From Candidatus Saccharicenans sp. (GTDB taxonomy: Bacteria > Acidobacteriota > Aminicenantia > Aminicenantales > Saccharicenantaceae), in assembly GCA_030017715.1 (NCBI GenBank), contig JASEIU010000001.1:146677-210676 (forward strand): a DNA stretch of 64,000 nt, in the 5' to 3' direction. How positions within the stretch are numbered: the stretch's first letter is position 1; every line of letters begins with the position of its first letter. The notes under the pieces are model-generated. The model made no database searches. It was not told the DNA's origin and was given only the letters and a program-made list of their open reading frames with translations. Below are positions 30,592 to 38,145 of this stretch, one piece after another. A program made the position numbers and the translations under genes.

Positions 30592-31857
30592 TTAAATCAG
30601 GGACCTGGAGACCAGCTCGGCCAGGCCGTGGACTTTGACTGGCAGGTTGAAATGCCCGAGGCTGTCGACAAACTGCAAACGGCAGTTGCTGCAGACCATG
30701 CAGACGGCCTGAGCTTCTATCTCCCGGAGTTGCTCGACCTTCATCTCGAAGACCGCGTAGCGGTTGGCGTCGGCCTCCTTGATGGAAATTACCCCGCCGC
30801 CACCGCCGCAGCAGAGAGCCTGTTCCCGGTTTGGAGTCATTTCCTTGAAATTTTTGCCGGCCAGCGCCTGGAGCAGCTCTCTCGGCTGTTTGATTATTCC
30901 TCCCCGACGCTGAATCTTGCAGGAATCGTGGAAGGTAATTGTCCCTGCCTCAAAAGCCCCGTCTTTAATTTTTATCCTTCCGGTTTTCCAGAGGTGGTGG
31001 ATGTACTCGCTGATGTGGACAATTTCCACCCCTTTCGGAACTTTCATGATATTGGGAGCGTTCCAGCGAAAAGCGTCATAGGCGTGACCGCATTCGCTGA
31101 TTACGATGCGCTTAACAGCCAGCTCTTCAGCTGCCCTGAAAACCCGGTGCATGAAAAGCCGGGTGAGTCCCTCGTCGGCCTCAAAGTATCCAAAGTTGAC
31201 CACTTCCCGGCCTTTTGAGCTGACGGTCCAGTTTTCTCCGGCCCGGTTAAGAATCTTAGCCACCGCGGCCAGATTGTCCGGGAATTTCATCAGTTCGATC
31301 GAGGTAAAGACCACCAGCGTCTCCGCCCCGGTTTTATCAACCGGTATCTCCACCTCCCATTCATCGGTAATCCAGTCGACTCTTTCCCGCCACATTTCGT
31401 CAGTGACTCCGAGCGGGCTTCCGATGGTCTTTTGCTTTTCGGTGGCTTCAGCCAGGTCAGTCGGAACCACACCGGCGGCTGTCAGTCCGGCCCTGACCTC
31501 GTGAATCAATGGACCGAGCTCAATGCCCATCGGACAAACGTGGGCGCATTTGTTGCAGACGGTGCAGGCCTCAAAGACAATCCGGCTCCAGCGTTCGAGG
31601 TCTGAATCGGAAAGCCTTTTTTCCAGACCAAGAGCCAGTTTTAGTTTCCCGCCCGGGGTAAATCGCTGTTCATAGGCTCGTCTGAGCGGCTCGAGTTTCC
31701 ATACCGGGGCGTATTCTGGATTGCCGAGTGCCTGATAAAAATGGCAGGCTTCGGCGCAGATGCCGCATCTGGTGCAGGCTTCAAGCTGACTGGCGACCCA
31801 ACCGCCGGTTTCCCGGAGGTAAGTATTGATGGCTGATTCTGTTTTCTGGCTTTTCAT
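30592..31857 (-). CDS. isp2: Isp2: HdrD/DsrK-like Fe-S protein with CCG domains
   Basis: The start is set at MKSQKTES, 13 nt after the isp1 stop. It has CTRCGICAEAC, CTVCNKCAHVCP, CCGGGGG and CSNC. Confidence 0.85.
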   Translation of the reverse strand: MKSQKTESAINTYLRETGGWVASQLEACTRCGICAEACHFYQALGNPEYAPVWKLEPLRRAYEQRFTPGGKLKLALGLEKRLSDSDLERWSRIVFEACTVCNKCAHVCPMGIELGPLIHEVRAGLTAAGVVPTDLAEATEKQKTIGSPLGVTDEMWRERVDWITDEWEVEIPVDKTGAETLVVFTSIELMKFPDNLAAVAKILNRAGENWTVSSKGREVVNFGYFEADEGLTRLFMHRVFRAAEELAVKRIVISECGHAYDAFRWNAPNIMKVPKGVEIVHISEYIHHLWKTGRIKIKDGAFEAGTITFHDSCKIQRRGGIIKQPRELLQALAGKNFKEMTPNREQALCCGGGGGVISIKEADANRYAVFEMKVEQLREIEAQAVCMVCSNCRLQFVDSLGHFNLPVKVHGLAELVSRSLI

Positions 31858-31870
31858 GGTCGACCTCTTT

Positions 31871-32548
31871 TCAGGGCATAATCGCCCTCTTGCCGGCCTG
31901 GGCTCCGTGGATGGTCCTGGAGAAGAAATAGAAAAGGAAGTGAGAAATTCGCCCCAGGGGAATCCAGATGAGGAGCAGGCTGACGGAGATAAGATGCAGA
32001 CTGAAGATAACTTCATACTTAAACCACAGGTGTCTGGCCATGATGAAGCCGGTTATCATCGGAAGAAAAACCACCACCCAGTTAATCCACACGGGAAGTC
32101 TGGTGAGCAGCTTTAAGACCGGATGGGTGAGTCTGTTGACCAGAAGGATAATTAGCGAGATGATCCCGACCGAAGAGAAGAAAGACACCACCGGCGTTGG
32201 CAGCGGCTTCCAGCTCAGGCCAAAAAGACTTTTCCAGACCAGGATGTGAGCTGTGCCGAAAGCCAGAACCACAAACAGGCTCAGGTGGAACAGCCCGCCG
32301 GCGATAAAGGTCAATTCGTTCCGGCGAAAAGTCCTGCCCACCCAGGGGATAAAGGGCAGAATGATCAACCCTTTCAGGTAGTTGATGACCACTCCCTTCA
32401 GTTTGCTTCCTTTATTGCTGGCCCGATCTCTCTCCCAGCCAAGCAGGACGACTCTGACCAGCCGGTAGCTCATCCCAACCACAAAAATTATCATCGAGAT
32501 ATGGAGGAGAGGACCGCGAGAAAAGCTGAGAATTTCTGTCCAGTTCAT
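31871..32548 (-). CDS. isp1: Isp1: NarI/DsrM-like di-heme b membrane subunit
   Basis: 225 aa with about 5 TM helices and conserved His residues in the helices. It sits between the small subunit and the HdrD-like gene. Confidence 0.75.
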   Translation of the reverse strand: MNWTEILSFSRGPLLHISMIIFVVGMSYRLVRVVLLGWERDRASNKGSKLKGVVINYLKGLIILPFIPWVGRTFRRNELTFIAGGLFHLSLFVVLAFGTAHILVWKSLFGLSWKPLPTPVVSFFSSVGIISLIILLVNRLTHPVLKLLTRLPVWINWVVVFLPMITGFIMARHLWFKYEVIFSLHLISVSLLLIWIPLGRISHFLFYFFSRTIHGAQAGKRAIMP

Positions 32549-32549
32549 C

Positions 32550-33695
32550 TCAGTCCTCCTTCTTTTCTTCCGCCGGAGAGACCGGCTGTTCTGGTTTGAC
32601 GACCGCTTTACGGGCGCGGGTTTTCTTCACCGCGTTCACTCCAGCCAGAGCGGCCCCCAGGGCTGTTCCTGCGCCGATCAGAGTGGCCGTGGAGCCTTTA
32701 TCGAGCTTCATCGTCGGGGCGGACTGCCCTTCATAGAAGCCACCGCCATCCCAGAAATGTGGCTCTGAACAACCAAGGCAGGGATGTCCCGATTGGACCG
32801 GGTAGGAAAGACCGCGCTCCCATTTGAGACCGGCACAGGCGTTATAAGTGGTTGGCCCCTTGCAGCCGAGCTTGTAGAGGCAGTAACCCTTCCGGGCACC
32901 TTCATCGTCAAAACTGCCGACAAATTTTCCAGCCTCGTAGAATGGCCGGCGCAGACAGTGGTCGTGGACTGTGTGGCCGTAAAACGGCAGCGGCCTTTTA
33001 AGACTGTCAAGGGCCGGCAACTGTCCCATTACCAGAAAGTGAAGAATGGTTCCAGTGGTCACCTCAGGAATGGCCGGACAGCCCGGAATATTCACCACCG
33101 GTCTGTCTTTGATAAGGTCAGCCACGCCCACCGCGCCGGTCGGGTTTGGCCGGGCCGCCGGAATCCCACCGAAACAGGCGCAGTTTCCGGTGGCGATGAT
33201 GGCCGCCGCTCCGGCCGCTGACTCCTTGAGAATCTCCAGGTTGCTCTTTCCGCCCACCGTGCAGTAGATTCCGTCATCGGCGGTGGTCGGACTGCCCTCG
33301 ACCACCAGCACATATTTTCCGTAATATCGTTTCAGGCATTCTTCTCTGGCTTTTTCCGCCTGGAACCCGGCCGCGGCCATCAGGGTCTCGTGGTACTCAA
33401 TGGCAATATCTTCAAGAACCAGCCTGCTTAAAAGAGGAGAGCTCGATCGGGAAATAGCTTCTGTGCAGCCGGCGCAATCCTGAAATTCCAGCCAGATGAT
33501 CGGAACCCTTGGTTTAGTCTTGAGGGCCTGAGCCACCACCTCTTCTGGAGAGGGATTAAGGACCTTGCCCAGGGCTTTGACCGGCGGTGAGAACTCCAGT
33601 CCCAGCATCCCGGCTATGGTGCCGCAGAGCTTCATGAAATCCCGCCGGGAAAGCCCTTTCTCCCTGAGATGTTCATAAATTGTTTTTTCCTTCAT
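32550..33695 (-). CDS. hynS: [NiFe] hydrogenase small subunit, Tat-exported
   Basis: It has the twin-arginine motif SRRDFMK, Cys clusters (CAGCTEA, GCPAIP, CLGCSEP) and a C-terminal hydrophobic helix. Confidence 0.9.
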   Translation of the reverse strand: MKEKTIYEHLREKGLSRRDFMKLCGTIAGMLGLEFSPPVKALGKVLNPSPEEVVAQALKTKPRVPIIWLEFQDCAGCTEAISRSSSPLLSRLVLEDIAIEYHETLMAAAGFQAEKAREECLKRYYGKYVLVVEGSPTTADDGIYCTVGGKSNLEILKESAAGAAAIIATGNCACFGGIPAARPNPTGAVGVADLIKDRPVVNIPGCPAIPEVTTGTILHFLVMGQLPALDSLKRPLPFYGHTVHDHCLRRPFYEAGKFVGSFDDEGARKGYCLYKLGCKGPTTYNACAGLKWERGLSYPVQSGHPCLGCSEPHFWDGGGFYEGQSAPTMKLDKGSTATLIGAGTALGAALAGVNAVKKTRARKAVVKPEQPVSPAEEKKED

Positions 33696-33799
33696 TTACC
33701 CTCCTTGGTGAAGGAACTAAATTTATGTTCTTATCGTTTTTATCGCAACCACCCTGGTTACCTCGGCCTGACTTCTTAAGCCAACTGCCCTTTATGATC

Positions 33800-34246
33800 T
33801 CAGTCGCAGGAGATGCCGGCGGCTTCAAGCTTCTTCTGGTATTCGGCCAGACCCTCAGGACCGGTCAGAAGAGCGGCCTTTTCTTCTTCCCATCTGGTGG
33901 CCTCCATTTCAACCACCCAGCCCTCGCCATAGGGATCGCTGATTACAAGATTAGGTTCGCTGGCCAGCCGCTCGTTGACGGACCTGACGATTCCGGTAAT
34001 CGGTGCTGGAACCGGCCCCACATATTTGCTGCTTTCAAGTGTTGCCAGGCTTTTTCCCTGCTGTACTTCATTTCCGATGTTTTTCGAGCGAATGGTTACA
34101 GCGTTAAGTTTCCCTCCGGACAGCTTGCCGGCCATCGGCGTCAGCCCGACACGAAACAGATTTCCGCCCAGCGGCTTCAGCCAGAGGTGTTTTTCCGGAT
34201 AATAAAAAAGGTCTTCAGGAAGGTTGCAACCGCGGATTATAGCCAT
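33800..34246 (-). CDS. GcvH-like lipoyl-carrier protein (LbpA-like)
   Basis: The start is set at MAIIRGC with RBS AAGGAGG. It has HLWLKP and TLESSKYVGPVPAPITGIV, with the lipoyl-lysine position conserved. No gcvT or gcvP is nearby. Confidence 0.75.
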   Translation of the reverse strand: MAIIRGCNLPEDLFYYPEKHLWLKPLGGNLFRVGLTPMAGKLSGGKLNAVTIRSKNIGNEVQQGKSLATLESSKYVGPVPAPITGIVRSVNERLASEPNLVISDPYGEGWVVEMEATRWEEEKAALLTGPEGLAEYQKKLEAAGISCD

Positions 34247-34272
34247 GTCGCCTCCTTGTGTAATTATATCGA

Positions 34273-34641
34273 TTAAAATGTTAAAACCGTTTTGCTTTCC
34301 TCGGCCATCTGCCACATAGAAGCGCCGCCCACCAGCCTGGCTTCGGGAATGAGGTCATCCGGGGTGAGCCCATGCAGTTCAAGGGAAGCGGTGCAGGCGG
34401 TCATTTTTACACCCGACTCGATGGCTTCTCTGAGAAATTCTCCGACCGACTTGCCTCCTTCCCTGGGAAAGACAGTCTCGGCCAGACCCTTTTTGAGGAG
34501 CAGGGTGCCGTCAATGGTGAAGAACATGGTCACCTCATAATCCATAGCCGTGGCCAGGGTGGCGAAGAAAAACGGGGTGGCGCAGCGCCGGGGAGTGTCC
34601 GGACCGCTGGTCATGATGATCAAAATTTTGTCGTCAGCCAT
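34273..34641 (-). CDS. DsrE-family sulfurtransferase-like protein
   Basis: 122 aa. It has ILIIMTSGPDTPRRCATPF and MTACTASLELHGL, the DsrE/TusD-type Cys context. Confidence 0.7.
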   Translation of the reverse strand: MADDKILIIMTSGPDTPRRCATPFFFATLATAMDYEVTMFFTIDGTLLLKKGLAETVFPREGGKSVGEFLREAIESGVKMTACTASLELHGLTPDDLIPEARLVGGASMWQMAEESKTVLTF

Positions 34642-34651
34642 GGATTCCTCC

Positions 34652-35125
34652 TCAGAAGGTCAGGGTGATGGCGTCCTGACTGGCGAATTCCAGGAAAGTT
34701 GCCGCTCCGCCTATTTCTATGCCGTCTATCAGGTCTTCCTTTTTAATTCCCATCACATCCATGCTCATCTGACAGGCAATCAACCTGACCCCGAGTTCGC
34801 GGGCGGTGTCGAGCAACTCACCCAGGGTGGCCACCTTCGATTTTTTCATCCAGGATTTCATCATGGCCGTGGCCGCAGCGGTCATTCCGGGCAGCATGGC
34901 AATTATGTTGGGAATCTTTACCGGCATGGCCGGATTGGCCAGGGGCGAAACTTTGAGCTTGTTGATTTTTCCTTTCTTGAGCACTTCCAGCCCGTAGAAG
35001 GCAAAATAAACAGCGGTCTCCATTTCCATGGCGGCCCCGGCTGTGGCCAGGACGAAAGTGGCAAAGGCCACGTCGAGGCTGCCGTGCAGACAGATAATGG
35101 CCAGTCTCTTTTTTCCTTCTGGCAT
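34652..35125 (-). CDS. DsrE/DsrF/DrsH-like (DsrE3-type) protein
   Basis: 157 aa. It has LAIICLHGSLD..., FYGLEVLKKG and RLIACQMSMDVMGIKKEDL, typical of the DrsE_2 family. Confidence 0.7.
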   Translation of the reverse strand: MPEGKKRLAIICLHGSLDVAFATFVLATAGAAMEMETAVYFAFYGLEVLKKGKINKLKVSPLANPAMPVKIPNIIAMLPGMTAAATAMMKSWMKKSKVATLGELLDTARELGVRLIACQMSMDVMGIKKEDLIDGIEIGGAATFLEFASQDAITLTF

Positions 35126-35242
35126 TATTTATCCTCCTATTTGAAATTGATTTTTCCGGTAAGGCTATTCTGGAGTGTTAATCCGAGTGGATGATACTTC
35201 TGCGTCCTTTTGTTCATTGGTGTCCGGTCTTTGGGCAGGACG

Positions 35243-35482
35243 TTACTTTGCTTTGCGGATGTAAAAAATAAATTTGTTGCCCTCGGTCTCATACTTGAGA
35301 AGCTCATGACCGGTTTTGCTGACCCAGGCCTGAACATCTGGCAGAGAGCCGGGGTCAGTGGCAATCATCTTAAGGATCTGACCGACTTGAAGTCCGTCGA
35401 CGGCCTTTTTGGTCTTGATGATGGGCATCGGGCAGGCCAGTCCGCTGTTGTCCAGAATAAGGTCAGGGTTGATGTCAGACAT
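35243..35482 (-). CDS. tusA: sulfur carrier protein TusA/SirA family
   Basis: 79 aa. LDNSGLACPMPIIKTKKAV carries the CPxP active-site motif. Confidence 0.85.
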   Translation of the reverse strand: MSDINPDLILDNSGLACPMPIIKTKKAVDGLQVGQILKMIATDPGSLPDVQAWVSKTGHELLKYETEGNKFIFYIRKAK

Positions 35483-35683
35483 TTAAGACCTCCTGTTGAA
35501 ATTTTTTGGCGCTAAAAAAGAAAAGATTGCAGGGTTAGGTGAAAGATAATGGGCTGAACTAACTTTATTAAATTCTGAATTCTGGAGAAAGCGATCCCGG
35601 CTGAAGACAGGGCCGGGGGTTGGAGGGCCCTGCCCGGGACAGAGAAAACCTCTGGCTTTGTCCACGGCCGTCATGTTAATCCC

Positions 35684-35712
35684 ATTATCCTACTATTCCG
35701 ATAAAAATACAA
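35684..35712 (-). promoter_or_regulatory. candidate sigma70-like promoter for the tusA cluster, TTGTAT-N17-GATAAT
   Basis: Read on the minus strand, about 200 nt upstream of the tusA ATG. The -35 is weak. Confidence 0.3.
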
Positions 35713-36372
35713 GGAATTAGAATAATTTTTTGCAAATTCCCGGGAATCGGCCAGGGTCGGCCTAACGAGGCGGGGAACAACTGAAGAAAAAAGAAACACC
35801 CTTCCCTCCCGTTCTTTTGACTAAGCCCTCCGCTATAACTCTAAGGTAATGTTTATTCCCGGTGCTGTCAAGCAGCCTGTTCTTTCAGGCGCAACAGATA
35901 TCCGGGCCAGGGGATGTAAAGGTCTGAACTGCGATGGCCCGGAGAAGCCAGCTTCCTGGCTCAAAAAGGAGGTCTCAACAATTGCCGGAGGGGCGGTCAT
36001 GATGCCAGAAGTGCGGCGGGGGATGAATCTCCGGTTGCCTCCGGGGCAGATCGCAGCCCGGCCTGAGATCGGGCGGCGATGACGGGCGGAGCCGCGACCT
36101 GCCCTTGTCCCGACCTGAGTCCTGGCCAAAGGAGAGCGGAAATCGGCTACGGGAAGGCGGCTTGGCTCCGGTTCACCCAGTTCGGCAGCCTGAGAGATTG
36201 TCCACAGGCGATCGGGGCAGGAAAGGAAGGGCAGCGGCCTCCCGAGTCCGAATTCTTTTCTTGAGAGGAGTCGCCGCTGAAGGAAAGATCTTTATGGATA
36301 ACCTGAAGACGTCCGTGGCAGAAGAAGCTAAAAGCCCCTGTTACCCTGTTTATCTCTGGTCTCCGGTCCGGC

Positions 36373-36396
36373 GGCAAATAAATTTGCCTTTTTTTT
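36373..36396 (+). terminator. attenuator-like intrinsic terminator in the leader of the FadL-like gene
   Basis: GGCAAA-taaa-TTTGCC is followed by T8. It lies 43 nt upstream of the ATG at 36439. Confidence 0.45.
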
Positions 36397-36438
36397 AAAT
36401 TTTTGATAATAGTTAGCAAAACTTTAAGGAGGTTAAGA

Positions 36439-37758
36439 ATGAAGAAAACGGTGTGTCTCCTGGGAATTCTGGCCCTGCTGACTGCCAGCGCTACGGCCGG
36501 CATTCTCACCAACAACAACCAGAGCGCGACCTTCATCCGGCTCCTGTCCCGCAACGCTTCCCTTGATGTGGACGCGGTCTACTACAATCCGGCCGGACTG
36601 GTCAAGTTATCGGACGGTTTTCATCTGTCGCTGCACAACCAGATGATTACTCAGGATAAGAAGATCATCAACGGCTTTCCGCTGCTCAACGACCCCAATT
36701 ACCTGGGAGAAGTCCGGGTGCCGTTCTTCCCTGACCTGTATGCGGTTTATAAGAAGGGAAACCTGGCCGTCTCCTTCGGAGTGGGACCTAATGCCGGCGG
36801 CGGGACGGCCGATTTCAAGCAGGGTCTGCCTTCGTTTGAAATACCTTTCTCCATGTTTCCCCCGCTGCTGACCAATATGGGCGTCCCGACCAGCGCCTAC
36901 GATGTAGATATCGCTTTTAAGGGAAAATCAGTTTTTATGGGCTTTCAGCTGAATCTTTCTTATGCTGTCAGCCCGAGCCTGGCTTTCGGAGTTGGCGGCC
37001 GCCTGATTCAGGCCACGAATAAATACGAAGGATCAATCACCGATGTCAGGATCAACCCCGGGGGAAACTGGGTCTCAGCCTATGATTTCTTCATGTCCAT
37101 AGGACAACCCATCTATGCGGCCATGGTGGCTGATAAAGAGTTAAATGTCAAGCAGACCGGTTCGGGCTTTACTCCCATCCTGAGCCTGTGCTTTACCCCA
37201 AATGAATCGCTGGCCTTCAGCCTGAAATATGAATTTAATACCAGGCTTGAACTCACCAACAAGACTACTGTTGATGATACCGGCATGTTCCCGGATGGCG
37301 AAAAATTCAGGAACGATATTCCGGCCATCCTGTCGGCCGGCCTGCGCTATGCCATAACCCCCGCTTTCCGCAGCTATCTCTCTTTCAGCTACTATTTCGA
37401 TAAAAGCGCCAACTGGGAAGGGGCAGAAGAATTCGTTAATCATAACACCTACGAACTCGGGCTGGGTCTGGAATATGAACTCAGCCGTCTGGTCACCATC
37501 AGCGGCGGTTACCTCCGCACCCAGTTTGACCTGTCCCCGTATTACCAGGACGATATCAATCATGAACTCACCAGCGATTCAGTCGGTGCCGGTTTGAAAT
37601 TGAACCTGACCAACAGACTGAGCCTGGAACTCGGCGGTCTGTATGTGTTCTACAAGAAATATCAGAAGCTGGACAGCAACGGCATGGTTTCCGATTTTCC
37701 GGTCACTTTTAACAGAACCACTTTCGACGCCGCGGTAGGCATCAATTATCGTTTCTGA
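36439..37758 (+). CDS. outer-membrane FadL/OmpP1/TodX-family hydrophobic-compound channel
   Basis: The start is set at MKKTVCLLGILALL with RBS AAGGAGG. The sequence is beta-strand rich and ends in the terminal GINYRF signature. Confidence 0.7.
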   Translation: MKKTVCLLGILALLTASATAGILTNNNQSATFIRLLSRNASLDVDAVYYNPAGLVKLSDGFHLSLHNQMITQDKKIINGFPLLNDPNYLGEVRVPFFPDLYAVYKKGNLAVSFGVGPNAGGGTADFKQGLPSFEIPFSMFPPLLTNMGVPTSAYDVDIAFKGKSVFMGFQLNLSYAVSPSLAFGVGGRLIQATNKYEGSITDVRINPGGNWVSAYDFFMSIGQPIYAAMVADKELNVKQTGSGFTPILSLCFTPNESLAFSLKYEFNTRLELTNKTTVDDTGMFPDGEKFRNDIPAILSAGLRYAITPAFRSYLSFSYYFDKSANWEGAEEFVNHNTYELGLGLEYELSRLVTISGGYLRTQFDLSPYYQDDINHELTSDSVGAGLKLNLTNRLSLELGGLYVFYKKYQKLDSNGMVSDFPVTFNRTTFDAAVGINYRF

Positions 37759-37798
37759 GTTGAGTTCAAGCCGGTTTAACTAAGTCGTTGATCTTAGG

Positions 37799-37845
37799 GC
37801 CCTGCCTTCCTGAACTGAAATCGGGAAGGCAGGGCTTTGTTTTTT
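37799..37845 (+). terminator. rho-independent terminator
   Basis: GCCCTGCCTTCC-13 nt-GGAAGGCAGGGC is a 12-bp stem, followed by TTTGTTTTTT. Confidence 0.85.
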
Positions 37846-38145
37846 GGCCGCAACGGCCGAGTCAGACAATCTGGCCGGAAAAAGTTCAGTCTTCGGTTTG
37901 TCCGGACCGATTCAGGGCGGAAGCCTGTCTGTCCGGAGATTCGGGAGAATAGAGGAAAATTCGAGTAGCTTAAGCCTCATCTCTCCGCGGTCAAGATTCC
38001 TGGCCGGAAGCTGGTTGGATGAATGATGGAGACCATTGCGGCCGCCGAGCCCTGCCCTCAATCTGCTTAATCTGAACCAGAAGGGAAGCGGGTAGGCGGC
38101 GGTTTAAAAAAATCAGCCGCCGCCCGGTGAACGTCCACAGCGAAA

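Noticed and set aside
35833-36260. RNase P RNA, tmRNA or a cobalamin riboswitch identity for the GC-rich leader.
   Set aside because: The universal RNase P strings (GAGGAAAGUCC, ACAGAACCCGGCUUA) and the tmRNA ends are absent. There is a B12-box-like string, but the cobalamin core (GGGAA..GGUG..AUCC..CCCGC.ACUGU) is incomplete and the downstream gene is not B12-related. The class is left open.
35833-36398. The ORFs 35833-36129 (-), 36105-36398 (+) and 36147-36554 (-) as genes.
   Set aside because: They overlap each other. Their translations are rich in Arg, Pro and Gly, and they have no RBS or start context.
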